Shown here: piece after piece, positions 13,245-25,649 of the stretch | How positions within the stretch are numbered: position 1 is the first letter of the stretch | Layout of the letters: the number at the start of each line of letters is the position of its first letter | NCBI GenBank assembly: GCA_008632985.1 | Contig: QPGO01000023.1 | Coordinates: 617,681 to 681,680 of the forward strand | Source of the DNA: Psammoneis japonica | Lineage: Eukaryota | Reading direction: 5' to 3' | Length of the DNA stretch: 64,000 bases | Position numbers and translations under genes: made by a program | Notes under the pieces: model-generated | What the model was told of the DNA's origin: nothing | The model's database searches: none | Seen by the model: the letters and a program-made list of their open reading frames with translations, nothing else

Positions 13245-13649
13245 TCAGGAAAAAGTCCACAAGAATTCCAAGAACAGTGTCGTAGTATAGTACGTGACAA
13301 CTGCGAGCGTGCGACCAGTGTACCCATTGAACGGAGAATTGAGTGTGTTGCGAACCGCAACAATCATGCACAGCATGCACCCATTGTGTAAAGCTCCCAT
13401 TATGGAAAACAATCGTATATTGTCAAGATTTCGAGTGCGGACCTTACAGAGGTAGCAGGTCCAGCCAACCAACGCGAACGTAATACCCAGAACTCTTGTA
13501 AGGTGCAGCAACAGGACATCTTGATCTCGGCGCGAACGACCATAGAGTGCACCAAGGTGCCTGCCTGGCAGTATTACCATGTTGATCAAGCCCCACAGTG
13601 GCAACACAAAAGATAGTACGGCATTATTCCACCAAAAGAAGGTCTCCAT
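13245..13649 (-). CDS. Small multi-pass membrane protein of unknown function
   Basis: ATG-initiated 134-aa ORF with about four hydrophobic segments; no recognised motif. Confidence 0.45.
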   Translation of the reverse strand: METFFWWNNAVLSFVLPLWGLINMVILPGRHLGALYGRSRRDQDVLLLHLTRVLGITFALVGWTCYLCKVRTRNLDNIRLFSIMGALHNGCMLCMIVAVRNTLNSPFNGYTGRTLAVVTYYTTTLFLEFLWTFS

Positions 13650-13886
13650 TTTGCATCACAAAGCTTCGGGGCTGCGTATTGTTCTTTCCGATCCGTTCTC
13701 CGCCTTTGACCTTGCTTTGATGGCTTCCGTTGGATAGTCTAAATGATGCGCGTGTTGAGTGTGCGGCGCCTCGCGCACAACTCACAGACCGCCTTGCTCT
13801 TTGCAATACCGGTATGTATGTTTATTATTTGCAGAAGTGTTCAAGTTATTGCTGCTCCGTTGTTGTTCAGGTCTGAAGCTTATACC

Positions 13887-14987
13887 ATGTCGTCTCTTTC
13901 GGCAACTCAGGCCGACGGCTACTATGTCCCTCCGGAATACTTAGACAGCGGTCAATACAAGAAGCAGTCGCGCAACAAATTCGCCGGTTCCAAGGGGCAC
14001 AACCAGTATGTTCAGCGTGGAGTCGTTCGGTTCGAACTGCCTCACGACGGTTTTTGCGAGAGCTGTGGAAATGTTGTTGGCCGAGGTACTCGATACAATG
14101 CATCCAAACACAAAGCGGGAAGTTACTTTACGACAACAATTTATGAGTTTCGTATGAAATGTCGCAAGTGCGCCAACTGTACGTTTATCATTCGAACTAA
14201 TCCCAAAGAACGAGACTTTGATTATGTACAAGGTATTCATCGACAGGTGAAAGAATTTGATACCAACGAGGCAGGGACTCCGGGCTTTATAGAAACAAAT
14301 GAGGGTAATCGTATTGTGTCTTGTGATGGTACTGCTGATGGACATGATGGCCTGTCGCGATTAGAGAGAGTTGCGAGCGGAAAGAGAAAAACCATGACTG
14401 AGATCGAGGAGCTCCAGGCACTCGTTTCGGATTCAAATAAGAAACGTTATGATGACGCCACATCCAATGCATCTCTGCGCAAGACATTTCGAAAGGATAG
14501 GCGACTTAAAAAGGAGAGGTTGAGTCATGGTAGGGAAATGGGGTGGTCAGAGGGAATGGAGCTTATGGATTCAACGACCGAAGACACTGCAGCCGCACGA
14601 GATACTTGCTTTCGCGATTCCAAGCAAGAAGAGCGTTTAAAGTTCAAGAAACTTCGATCGGGCTCGATATTCTCGGGCCAGAGGAAACGAAAAAGACGAA
14701 GAACTGCATCCCTGAGTAAGCCTGTGCCCGATGCATGTAAGAGTGAAACAAACGTGAAGCACAGCGTTGCTGTCGAATCACCGAAACCGGACACCGTGCA
14801 GAGTAGTAGAGCAACAAGGTCTACACCCCACGGTGACAAAAAGTCAGGGCTCTCTAAGAAGGCCGCAAGCTCAAAGCATGCATTGAAGCGTAAGCGATGC
14901 AGTAAGCCAGTTGAAAAACAGACTCAGGCAGTTCTGCCATCATCCTTATCTGCGCTTGCATCATACGCATCGTCGGACAGCGATTAG
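13887..14987 (+). CDS. YJU2B: CCDC130/YJU2B (Saf4/Yju2 family) splicing factor
   Basis: MSSLSATQADGYYVPP, VRFELP, CxxC...GTRYNAxK, YFTTTIYEFRMKCxxC, IRTNPK. Confidence 0.88.
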   Translation: MSSLSATQADGYYVPPEYLDSGQYKKQSRNKFAGSKGHNQYVQRGVVRFELPHDGFCESCGNVVGRGTRYNASKHKAGSYFTTTIYEFRMKCRKCANCTFIIRTNPKERDFDYVQGIHRQVKEFDTNEAGTPGFIETNEGNRIVSCDGTADGHDGLSRLERVASGKRKTMTEIEELQALVSDSNKKRYDDATSNASLRKTFRKDRRLKKERLSHGREMGWSEGMELMDSTTEDTAAARDTCFRDSKQEERLKFKKLRSGSIFSGQRKRKRRRTASLSKPVPDACKSETNVKHSVAVESPKPDTVQSSRATRSTPHGDKKSGLSKKAASSKHALKRKRCSKPVEKQTQAVLPSSLSALASYASSDSD

Positions 14988-15245
14988 AATTGAGGATACA
15001 TCCACGAGGACGCCTGCGCTGGTGGCATGTAGGAGTGGGACCAAAAACGCTGGCGACATACACATACTTCAAGCCAAACTCAACGCCCTAGGAGAAAATC
15101 GAGAGCTCGAGCAGGGTATTGAAGCAAGTCGGACAGCGTCAATAGCCAAATCTCCTACAGTAGTATCCCTCGGCGCTAGCATCATATGACAAGTCGTCTG
15201 AAAGCGACTTGGTAGCAGTAGCAATAAACTTAAGTTTTATGTTTA

Positions 15246-16916
15246 CTATACGTTCGATGGTTTCCCTATCCCAGCATCCGGGGTTTCTTTGGTAGCGACG
15301 ATAGGCTGCTTGTCTACAGGCGAGTCATGTCTATTCCGAGACCGCGAGCTTGCATCCGATGTCGACGGTGACCTACGGCGTCGTCGTTTATGCCTTCGAC
15401 TCGATTTCTTGTGCTTTTTGTGGCTCTTCTTCTTGCCATGCTTGTGGTGTCTTCTGCGGTGTCTGGAACTCCGACGACGCCTGCTGGAAGAACAGTCCGA
15501 GTCACTATGTGACGGCGACCTATGCCTTCGACGACGACGGCTTCTGTGGTAGGACGAGGATGCAGATGGCGACCGACTGCCAACTTTTGTTGGGGTGCTG
15601 GCTTCGTTTTCCTCGACTTTTTCTCGTGACGGACCTTCCCCGTTGGTCTCGGGTGGAGCACTATCGATCGGTAATGACGCTACTACCGGTGACCTCATGC
15701 GGTCGGTGCGTGGTTGTTCAGCAGATCGAGGAGAACTCGCAAAGGACGGCGATCGGTGTCGTCGGCGCCTCGACCTGTTTCTGCTGTCAACACTGGTACT
15801 GTCAGAAAACGATGGCGACCGATGTCGTCGTCGGTGCGTACGCTTTCGTGACCTACCACGCTCGTAGCTTCGTCTATGGTGTTTGTGTCGCGTATGTTGT
15901 CTTTGACGTTCAGAGGAAGAATAGGAATCTCGGCTTGAATGACTCCTCGCATCCTCTACTGGAAGGCTTTGATTGTCTTTGCCAGTGTCTGCTTTTGATT
16001 CTTCGGGAACATTCTTATTCGGGCTCTCGTCCAGAAATGCTCGTTCTGCCATGGCATCACGTAGTGCAGTTTCAGCCGCAGTTGTTCTTACGGGAGGTGC
16101 TTTCGGTGCAGCACCGTTCGGATTACGAATGGCGTCGAGATACTGCTGCGCATTTGCCACGCCTGGAGAATTTTTAATGACCTTCTCAAGAATGCTAATG
16201 GCTTCCCGTTTTCGACCAGTATTGGCATACAGAGCCCCATATGCAACCTGTAACTCTGCGTGGTCTGGGACTAGATTGAGGCCTTCCTTATAGCAAGCCT
16301 CTGCTTGTCGCCACTTGGATTCCTTAGCGAGTTTCACCCCATCTCGAAGGCGTCGCGTCGCCCAGTTCATATTTTGCTTTGTTCTTAAATCCATATAGGA
16401 AAACTTTGGAAACGATGAAGTCGGTATATCATTTTCCTTTGCCACTTGTTTGCTTTCGCTTCCGTCAGCCACCAATGGCTTCTCAGCGTCTTTCTCGTTC
16501 TCACTAATAAGTTGAATGCACCACGGAATTTTTGTCAGGTCATTCTCGACCGACGTGCTTGGATTTATTCTCGATACCTCCACTAGTTTAGCGACAGTGG
16601 GATTATGCAATCTCTCTAATAACTCCAGTATCTGAACAGAGGAATCACCCTGCACCTCTGATGCTGTTTCTTTTGATTTGTTTCCTTCTTCTCGAGTTTT
16701 TGCTTTTCTTAGCTTGTTGCTTCCTCGCTCGTTTCTGGAATGTTTGCGCTCCTGTGAACGACGTCTTTTCTTCTTTTTGATATCAATAGAAATGCCGCGG
16801 CCATTTTCTTCTTTTCTGGAGCGACGACTTTTATGCTGCTTGCTGCTCATCTGGATCTTGTGACTTGTGCGTGACGATTTATGAGTCACCTCGAGATTTG
16901 TGTTTTCATTCGACAT
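15246..16916 (-). CDS. TPR protein with Arg/Ser/His-rich tail (TTC14-like)
   Basis: TPR helices WATRRLRDGV...AEACYKEGLNLVPDHAELQVAYGALYAN...NAQQYL, followed by RS-rich low complexity. Confidence 0.7.
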   Translation of the reverse strand: MSNENTNLEVTHKSSRTSHKIQMSSKQHKSRRSRKEENGRGISIDIKKKKRRRSQERKHSRNERGSNKLRKAKTREEGNKSKETASEVQGDSSVQILELLERLHNPTVAKLVEVSRINPSTSVENDLTKIPWCIQLISENEKDAEKPLVADGSESKQVAKENDIPTSSFPKFSYMDLRTKQNMNWATRRLRDGVKLAKESKWRQAEACYKEGLNLVPDHAELQVAYGALYANTGRKREAISILEKVIKNSPGVANAQQYLDAIRNPNGAAPKAPPVRTTAAETALRDAMAERAFLDESPNKNVPEESKADTGKDNQSLPVEDARSHSSRDSYSSSERQRQHTRHKHHRRSYERGRSRKRTHRRRHRSPSFSDSTSVDSRNRSRRRRHRSPSFASSPRSAEQPRTDRMRSPVVASLPIDSAPPETNGEGPSREKVEENEASTPTKVGSRSPSASSSYHRSRRRRRHRSPSHSDSDCSSSRRRRSSRHRRRHHKHGKKKSHKKHKKSSRRHKRRRRRSPSTSDASSRSRNRHDSPVDKQPIVATKETPDAGIGKPSNV

Positions 16917-17446
16917 GTTCTCAACACCAATCAGCTTTTTTCTTCAGCTAAATCTGTATACAGCACATGCCATTGTCATACAAGCTAAAATAGACAGCAA
17001 GAGATCAATGAGATTCGGTGTTGGACTACTTCGTACAGCAGTGTTGCGTTGACTTCGTCGTCATTGTGCATCTCAGCAAAAAAAGCGCAAACTATTTGAT
17101 GGCCGGCCAGACAGCTCATGAGTTGAGTCGGACGGGTCATTAAATCTAAGTATAGATTGTTACGGGATTGAATACCATACTGTACAAATGGCGATATATA
17201 CATTAAATCCCTGAAGGACGCACATTGAATTTTCAAATTTTGGCGACACAATATTTGCCGCCAACATTTTTTTTTGCGGTGTGATGTGTGATGCAGCAAC
17301 GCAGTTGTGGACGATTACACAGAAGTTGTAGTCATTAAAAAGACTGGCTTCAGCTTTTAAAAGTAGTGGCCTAGTCTTAGCTAGTCTTCCTAAACCTTTT
17401 GCAGCAGCATCTATTCTTCCTGTGTTTCTTGTGAGAAGTCTCTAGT

Positions 17447-18439
17447 ATGGGATTCTTTATCAGCAAGAAGAAGCTGTCGAAGCCCCAGTCGCCACCTGCT
17501 GAGCTTGATGACAAAGAATTTACTCAAGCGGAAGAACCGAAAAGCGAAGCGAAGCCCTCTGACGACTGGACAAACTTGGATGGTGAGCCTGCACAGACAA
17601 CCACAGTTGTTGAAGAAGAAAAGGCCTTCTCCTACAAAGGAGGAGTCATGAATGAGTTGGGCGATGCAGAAGAAGAGGACTCAAACGGCTCTATTCACAC
17701 GACGCAACTGAACAAGCTTAATCTACCCAGTCCCGAGGCCCTAGTAAAGGCAAATCTCATGCAGTGGAAAGCAGCAGCAGAAGATGGACCGTGTGTTATT
17801 CGTTTCTTTTTGGTTCTGAGCGCAGTTGGCGTGTTGATCACAAGCGTAGTTCCGTACGTCATGGATTTTCACGTCGCTACGGTAAGGCATGTAACCTTGT
17901 CTGTGTACACATTTGTCATATCAATTGTCTCCATCATTATGGATGGCCGCGGAGCATCGCTTGGTCGAAACCCCGTTGGAGTTAGAGCCAGAATTCGCAA
18001 GAGCCTTACCAAGCACATGAATGTGCTGGAGTACTTGTGGGGCAGAGGTCTGCTATCCATGTTTTCAGGATCGCTTCATGTCATCCACATCATGTGGAAG
18101 TGGATGGCTATATCAGCTGCCTTTGTTTTGGCTTCCGGTTTCTTGGCCTTTGCCTATGGATGCATGTCTTCTTTCCGTTGGAACAGGATGAAGCAGTCTT
18201 TGACCGATGATAGCTTCCTTGAGTGCATGTTTAAGGCACGTGATACCGACCATGATGAATATTTGGACGCAAATGAATTTTCTCTCTTCTTGGATGACAT
18301 CGGCGTGGATTTCGATGACATTTACACTTTGAAAGCCTTCAAGAGTATCCAGCACAGCCGAAAGGAACGCGTAAATTATGAAGAGTTTCTGAAATGGTGG
18401 GCACGTTGCAAACTGGATGAGGGTCACAATGCGGTCTAG
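17447..18439 (+). CDS. COPI-associated (TVP15-like) membrane protein with C-terminal EF-hands
   Basis: Four TM segments with LEYLWGRGLL; EF-hand DTDHDEYLDANEF and VNYEEFLKWW. Confidence 0.65.
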   Translation: MGFFISKKKLSKPQSPPAELDDKEFTQAEEPKSEAKPSDDWTNLDGEPAQTTTVVEEEKAFSYKGGVMNELGDAEEEDSNGSIHTTQLNKLNLPSPEALVKANLMQWKAAAEDGPCVIRFFLVLSAVGVLITSVVPYVMDFHVATVRHVTLSVYTFVISIVSIIMDGRGASLGRNPVGVRARIRKSLTKHMNVLEYLWGRGLLSMFSGSLHVIHIMWKWMAISAAFVLASGFLAFAYGCMSSFRWNRMKQSLTDDSFLECMFKARDTDHDEYLDANEFSLFLDDIGVDFDDIYTLKAFKSIQHSRKERVNYEEFLKWWARCKLDEGHNAV

Positions 18440-18637
18440 AGAGACAGACACTTTGCAGTTATGGAACCATGGCGAAATATAAGGGTACGCGTCGTATTGT
18501 TTCGGTTCAATCCACGTTAATTGGATGCGGACTCTACCCATTCACGTATAATGATAACCCATTGATCATAAATAATCATCACCGGTGGCATCAGCACAGT
18601 CAGTGAGAGCATACAACCGTTTTTTCTAGATGGATCT

Positions 18638-19768
18638 TTACGCTGCCTTACTCGGCAAGCATGTGTGGGTTTCCCATCCTTGACATGACCAACCTTTACC
18701 CTCTTCTCCCTTGCAAATATGATAATCCTCCATATACAAGTGACGCAAAGATTCCCACTTTGCCCACCCTGGTGTCAAATCTCCTTTCAACGGAAAATAA
18801 ATGTCATGAAGTCGCGAAAATGTCAGATCTGGTAGCTTTGCAAAAGCTCGTCCACTCTCAGCCCCTCCATGAAACAATATTGAGAGGTCTAGCATAACTT
18901 GGGGACAACCTTGAGCTAGGACTTGCGTAAGGTCCTGAAATCTCATCGAGTTCTTGAACGTAATATTCTTGTCCAAATCGCACACTCGAAGCGCAACGGC
19001 GTTATAGGTATCTTCATAGTCCCCACCATTATTCCAAAAAAGCTTTTTCGACCTGGAGCATGAATCCAATCCCTTCATCAGATCGTCGGACATGATGTAA
19101 CCCCATCCACGGATCCATGAGAGATGTGTTAGTAGTTCTCCAGTTCCAATATAATTTCGATCCACGTTTTGACCGAATCCACCAAGAAACCGGTTACGGG
19201 GCCATGTAATAGAATCTTCTAGTAGACGGTCGAGTAGAAGGTATGATTCATCATCGAGCTTCATGTGATAGTCAGCTTGGATATTCAAGGAAGCCCATTC
19301 ATACCACGCATTCATCTTGCCATTATTGTGGACGTCCGGACTGTTCAGCACTACGATGTCGCCAAAGTGATTCCGTTCTATCTCCAGTTCAGTCACCTTA
19401 TGCGTCGCATCCCGGGGATTTCCTTGTACGCCGCTTACTTGCTCATTTCCAATGAGAAAGTACACCAGCACTGTACCATTTATCACCGCGGGATGTTTCA
19501 TCCACGTATCTCGGTGCATTTGCCGACGCATAAAACTTGAACCACGTGGAGGTCTTTCTTCCCAGTCGAACGACGACACGATAGAAATGGCAATTTTGTA
19601 TTGTCTTGAATCCCCTGACGATGAAGTAACATTTCCGAAAACCTCGGCAGCTAACTTGGATTCTCGGTCAACCAAGTCAGTTCGGGAGAAGTAATTGTTG
19701 AACACGCCCGGGATTGCAACTCCAATCAGCACAAGCATCACAACCACTTCAACGATAAGCTTTTTCAT
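18638..19768 (-). CDS. GT31 beta-1,3-galactosyltransferase-like protein, copy 1
   Basis: Type II N-terminal TM anchor, RRQMHRDTW, E...GDIV, YHMKLDDESY, GWGYIMSDDL, YED. Confidence 0.8.
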   Translation of the reverse strand: MKKLIVEVVVMLVLIGVAIPGVFNNYFSRTDLVDRESKLAAEVFGNVTSSSGDSRQYKIAISIVSSFDWEERPPRGSSFMRRQMHRDTWMKHPAVINGTVLVYFLIGNEQVSGVQGNPRDATHKVTELEIERNHFGDIVVLNSPDVHNNGKMNAWYEWASLNIQADYHMKLDDESYLLLDRLLEDSITWPRNRFLGGFGQNVDRNYIGTGELLTHLSWIRGWGYIMSDDLMKGLDSCSRSKKLFWNNGGDYEDTYNAVALRVCDLDKNITFKNSMRFQDLTQVLAQGCPQVMLDLSILFHGGAESGRAFAKLPDLTFSRLHDIYFPLKGDLTPGWAKWESLRHLYMEDYHICKGEEGKGWSCQGWETHTCLPSKAA

Positions 19769-19864
19769 TGTATGATAACCTCTTTCAATATGGATCTTGA
19801 GGAAGTGGCTTTGGGAAAAAGCGATGAGAAGCGCGACTTAATTTTTGTGGGATCAACATCAATA

Positions 19865-22800
19865 AAAAAATTGTGACACGATGCGGTTTGACCGTCTGTC
19901 AGGTGGTGCCCAAAGTTTGCTGGCTGCGATGGCTGATGGCAGATGACAGTCGCAGCAAATTCACGATCCCAAACCTCCTCCACTTCCCGCTCCTGGCTTG
20001 CCTGCCCCCACTCTCAACCCTTGTGCCGAGGCACACCACGTGAGCACCAAGCGGAAATTCAATGCAGCACATGAAAGCCAACACGAAGCAACCCTCACAT
20101 CTGCCCTGAACGACGATGCCGGCATCTGCCTGATCCCCTTTGCCCCATCGATCACTCAGGAGCAACTCACCCGGCTGCTTTGCTCACTGTCTCCTTTTCA
20201 GAGCCAACCAAGAACACCCTGTCCCTGCTCCACCTGCCCCTCCTTGGACCACTGAATCCTCCTTCCAACATCCAGCCGCCCGCCCTGCATGCACGCCCAA
20301 CTGTCACCCTCACCACCACCCTCCCGGCCACCACTGCCACTGCCACTTGGCAAAACACCTCTGACGCACACTTCAGCCCAACCCATCACACCTGTGCCAC
20401 ATCACAATGGGGCCTTCAAAGCCTTGGCTTTGTGATCACCAAGTCCCTTGCTGACCAACTCTTGCTCGTCGTTGTTCTGTGCCAAGTTGCAGCAACAAGA
20501 ACTTGCTGACCCCCTTCAGACCCACACCTTCCCCACCTGCATGACCCAGTTCTTCCACCCTTGCTCCACATCTGTCTCTCCTCCCTCCGTGCCACTGGGT
20601 GACATTGCACATGAACTTCTCATGTGCTTGTGCCAGGCAGTTTCCCTGGCCAACAATCGAAAACTGCGCACCTTTGCTGGATGGCTGTGTCTCATGATTG
20701 TCTCCACAAACAAAGAAGATTGCTGCAATCAGCATCAAAACACAAAAACACGGGTGTCCACATCTGCCTTGCACTGTGGCTTGTCACCAGCAAAAGCCAA
20801 GAAAGTCACAGGGGCACAAGCATGGGCGGGCATCTTGAGTCAACTTGACAACCATCAGCTTGGCAGTCCACAAATGATCTGCTGATGCAACTGATGGACA
20901 GTGAACAAAGTGTTGCACTTCACATCATCATCACCAAAGCTGCACACTCAACCTTGAGTTCATTGGTTCCTTCTCTTGTTGTGGTCGGCTGTTTTCTCCT
21001 CTTTTGCTGTGCATGCTGCCCTGTGGTGCAAAAGCCCCACCAGATGTGTCTGTCAGCAGCATCTTTGTCCCTGATGATGGGAGACAAGTTCTTGCAGCAA
21101 GGCAGTTGCCTGAGCATGAGGACAAGGCAGACAGAGGAGGACACACTGCTCCAAAAAGAAAGAGACACATGATGCTGGCAGCTTTCCTGCTGTCCTCTCC
21201 CTGCAATGCTGGGCCTCACATGTTGGCATGGCAGAGCTGAACCATGAGTCAGCCAGAAGATGTGGATGAGCAAATTCCCAGTTTTGCACAATGGCACAAC
21301 AACTGTGCATGAGAGGACCACTAAAAATTGTCTTGTTGTCAATGGCTTCTGATGGCCCCGGCCACAAACATGTCAACAAGTGCCAGGTTTCTGTGGCTCT
21401 GTCCAGAGCATCCACAAAAGGGGCTTCACTGGCCACTTCAGGGGAGGGGGGAAGCTTGGTGGTGCCAGGGAAATGCACAGGGAACATTGCTGGAGCAAGC
21501 AAGTGTGAGTTGCTTTGTTTCTCTTTGGGTGTGCCAAAAGGAGAGGCTCTGTGATGAGAAAGTGACCCTCAGACTGCACTGCTGTTGCTGCAAATGGCGA
21601 ACAATGCAAGACAGTGCAAAACAAAAAAAGTTGAGATTTGCACCTGAATTTCAACAATTTGTTGGCACACTGGTGGAGAAATTTGTGTTTCTGTCATTTG
21701 GTTGTTTGGGTTGGGGGACCAGAAAATGACCAAGTTCTTTGCAAGCTCTGTGTGCATGACCCATTTTTCAAAATGTGAGCAAATTCCACATCATGGCTTG
21801 CACTCATTTAAAATGTGTTTGCCCACAAGTCCAGACATGAAAAAAAAAAAGACAACAAAGCTTGGTGGACTCTCAAAACAGCCAAAAAACAGAAAAACAG
21901 TGCATGGATGGGCCGGGAGTGGTCAACTGCTTCTCCACAAAAACGATGGGGGCTGCTGGACACTGGCATCATCATTGAGTTCATTTGCTTGCACAGATTT
22001 TTTTTTGTTCTTTGTTTTGCACACAGAGACTGCTTGCAAGCTCAGCCTTTGAAAAGTGACCAGCCCAAAAGCTGGCCATTGTTTGCCCTGTCTGTCTCCT
22101 GGTCAAAGGTGGAAAAGGAGACCAGAAGGCAGCACAGATGGACACAAGGGAACATTTGTTGTAAAGCTGCCTGTCGAGGGCAATCAAGGTGCCCCCTTTT
22201 TCTTTGACACTTTTGCATCTCAGCTTGGGGCACTCAAACAAGCCAGTTTCAGCTTGCTCAAATGGCCAAGGCATCACTTCTCTTTTCTTTTCTTTTCTTT
22301 TCAGGGAATTCTTGTTGAAAAAGCTTGTCATCCAATGAGAAACAACAAGATGATCATTGTTGCAAACAAAACTCAACTCCTTGAGTTGCCCTTGCAGAGC
22401 ATTTTTTGACCTGCTGGCCCTCATTAGATTTGCACTCAAGAGCACAGGGCATTGTGTGTTGAGCACATCACAAAAGCAGTGTGCAAGTCTTGAGTGAATG
22501 AATGTCACAAATTTGCTCCAAACAACAGCTCCACATCAAAGCTGCACGTTGGTCTCAATGTGATTCTTTTCAACATGTCATCATCTGCAGGCTCACAAAC
22601 CACCAAAGTCATGGCCATGAAACTGAACACTGCACTTGATTGAGTGGCTTTTTTGCTCACATTCTTGCAGTGCTGATTGAGTCCCTCTCTGGGTTTGGCA
22701 CCCTGCCACACTGAAGTGCTTGCTCATGCCTTTTGAAGAGCTTTGTGCAAAAGTCCATTTCTCCCTTGTGGGAAAGTGCTCTGATGCAGCAAACTTGCCC

Positions 22801-23780
22801 CCCCCCCAGTTAACAAACCAACCACTGCCATGACTGCAAAGGTCAAATGATGGACAACACAGGCTGACAAAGAAGAAACTTGGGGAAAGAGGAAGTTTTG
22901 CTGCAATTTTCAATTTTCCAGTGTGCCACACCTTTGTTTGGTGACATTTTTTGCATCACAGCATGAGCGACATGCATTTTTTCATTCTCAGGTCAGACTG
23001 CATCTCAGAGGGTCTTTCTTCAAGGTGTGTGCCTTGCTTGCCAGTTGACTTTGCACCATGGTGTGCTGTGCACATTGTCATGCTGGCTCTGTTGTTGCCA
23101 AAGCATTCACGAAAAACAGCAAATGGCTGGTGCAGTCCACTGAAAAAATGCAGAAATCCAGACAAATGTGCAGATTCTTTGCAATGGCTTCTTTTCAATT
23201 GTGAGGCAAGCACACCAACATGACATGGCCAGCTGAAAAGGTGTGTGACAAGATTGAAGTGGCCTGCATGGAGGACAATGTGTGCAGCATTGTGCAAAAT
23301 GAAACAACTGCTTTGGTGCCACCAACCCCATCCATGTTTCTTGCAACACAAGACGACTTAATTTTTTGCATTGTCTTGAGAGGATGGAGCAAAAATTCCC
23401 TGTTGGTCTGATTGCTTGTCAGGTTGTGTCAAGGGGTTTGTTCCTTTTGTTCTTTTGGCATTTTCCATGACACTCAGCTTCAGTTGCAATTCTTCTTTTG
23501 CAATTGTGACAAGAGAAGGTTGATTGTCATTTGCTCTGTTGTGGCATTTGTTCATCTTGAGACACAAGACCGGCAGAATGCACTTGTTGGGATGTGACAA
23601 TTTGTCCACTGCTCCTCAATCTCCCATCTCGTTTCCAAAGTCATGTCTTCCATCCGCAGTGCTGTGCCTGGCAGTGGGCCATGCAATGTAAACAATGCAA
23701 CCAGCAAACACCACATTTGTCAGCAGGTGTCTCCATGGTGTGTCGCCTGCTGGGTCTCCTTGCTTGCAATTCACATTGTA
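19865..23780. other. TpA- and CpG-depleted block of degenerate transposon-like DNA (block 1)
   Basis: No TA dinucleotide found between 19865 and 21321, and only a handful after that. Strong CA/TG excess. Overlapping Tyr-free ORFs appear in all frames. Confidence 0.9.
19900..20500 (+). mobile_element. Degenerate 3' end of a non-LTR retrotransposon (restriction-like endonuclease C-terminal region, CRE-like)
   Basis: AHHVSTKRKF...ALND..GICLIPFA/IDHSG and W...F.PTHHT..SQWGLQSLG resemble recalled C-termini of diatom RLE-type LINEs; not verified by search. Confidence 0.4.
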
Positions 23781-23949
23781 CCGTAGACAACCCATGTGAA
23801 TGGGTTTTGCGGACCTTTGCACTTCCCATTGACCGCATTCAGCAAGAGATTTGTGACCTTAGTTTTAGTTCTAGTTTCTCAAGCGGGGCTCGCTGAGTGA
23901 GTCATTTCTGCCTTCGCGATTCTTTTTTCACTTTGTTTTTTGATTCCTC

Positions 23950-25134
23950 TCAATTTTTCTTTTCTTCTCCTTTTCTTTTCCTTCCTCCCTTGTCAACTGG
24001 ACGACCCTTTCCATTTGATTGACTCTTTGGCAGGCATGTGGAATATTCCCAGCCTTGACATGACCAACCTTTACTCTCTTCTCCCTTGCAAATACGATAA
24101 TCCTCCATATACAAACGACGCAAGGACTCCCACTTTGACCAAGCAGGGGATAGATCTCCTTTCAACGGAAAGTAAATGTTGTGAAGTCGAGAAAATGTCA
24201 GATCGGGTAGCTTTGCAAATGTTTGACCGCTCACAGCCCCACCGTGAAACAACATAGAGAGGTCTTGCATAACTTGGGGGCACCCTTGAGTCAGGACTTG
24301 TGTAAGGTCTTGAAATCTCATCGAATTCTTGAACGTGATGTTGCTGTCCAAACCGCACACTCGAAGAGCTACGGCATTGTAGGTATCTTCGTGGTCACCA
24401 CCATCATTCCAAATCAGCATCTTCGATCTTGAGCAGGCACCTAGACCCTGAATCAGGTCATCTGACATGATATAACCCCATCCACGGATCCATGACAAGT
24501 CTTTCAGTAGTTCTCCGGTTCCAATATAGTTTCGATCCAAATGTTGGCCTTGTCCACCAAGAAATCGGTGACGGGGCCATGAATTAGAATCTTCTAGGAG
24601 ACGATCCAGCAAAAGATACGATTCATCATCGAGCTTCATGTGATAGTCAGCCTGGATATTCGACGATGCCCACTCGTACCAAGCATTCATCTTGCCATTG
24701 TTGTGAACGTCCGAACTGTTCAGCAGTACGATATCACCATAGTGATCCCGCTCTATCTCCAATTCAGTTATATTGTGTGTCGCATTCAGAGGATTCCCTT
24801 GTACGACAGGTATTTGCTCGTTTCCAATGAGAAAGTACACAAGGATTGTTCCATTTTTCACCGCGGGATGTTTCATCCACGTATCACGGTGCATTTGCCG
24901 ACGCATAAAACTTGAACCACGTGGAGGTCTTTCTTCCCAATCAAAGGCAGATGTGATTGCGATTGCAATTTTGTGTTCTATTGAAGTCTCCAATGAAGAA
25001 GGAACCGTCACAGAGTCAACTTCGGTAGCGACCTTGGATTGTCGAAGAAAGGATTGCGTTTGGGCGAAATTGACGCTCACCATAACCAAAGAAAACAAAA
25101 TAATCACACCCACTTGGACGACACCTTTCTTCAT
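23950..25134 (-). CDS. GT31 galactosyltransferase-like protein, copy 2
   Basis: Same motifs as copy 1, with an extended basic C-terminus. Confidence 0.8.
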   Translation of the reverse strand: MKKGVVQVGVIILFSLVMVSVNFAQTQSFLRQSKVATEVDSVTVPSSLETSIEHKIAIAITSAFDWEERPPRGSSFMRRQMHRDTWMKHPAVKNGTILVYFLIGNEQIPVVQGNPLNATHNITELEIERDHYGDIVLLNSSDVHNNGKMNAWYEWASSNIQADYHMKLDDESYLLLDRLLEDSNSWPRHRFLGGQGQHLDRNYIGTGELLKDLSWIRGWGYIMSDDLIQGLGACSRSKMLIWNDGGDHEDTYNAVALRVCGLDSNITFKNSMRFQDLTQVLTQGCPQVMQDLSMLFHGGAVSGQTFAKLPDLTFSRLHNIYFPLKGDLSPAWSKWESLRRLYMEDYRICKGEESKGWSCQGWEYSTCLPKSQSNGKGRPVDKGGRKRKGEEKKN

Positions 25135-25649
25135 TGTAGACCTTCAATGTGGACAAAGTAACACTTCGGTTGGACAATATCGTACAATTGTTGAGAATCA
25201 TTCTGTCGAGAAGTCGAGAAAACTGTCAACTGTCAACTGGCCAAGAACTCTAGCTAGCTAGTGAGCAAAGTAGAGGAAGGTATTTTGATAAAACAGAGTG
25301 TGTTTTGTGATCCCGCAGCAGCGGCAGAGGATGCGCAAGATCTCGCGCGGCCGCGAATGTCGAATGTGTTGAACGTTGAACACATTGAATGTCTCTGCGA
25401 TGGTGTCTGATGCTGACATGCATGCTGGTGTTTGGCGTTTGTTTCTAGAGGGGGGGGGGTTGACGGCAGCACCCATGAACTCAAGATCCTTGAAAATCTG
25501 GTGAACAAACAATGCAAGTTGGACATTTTCCCAATGCAGAAAACACATGGGAGCGGCTGGTCACTGCTGACCCCCTGGACAAAAACAACCTCCAGCCCCC
25601 CCNCCCCCCGCATCTCAGCAAAATGCCCGCGTGGCGCTGCTTTGGCAGA

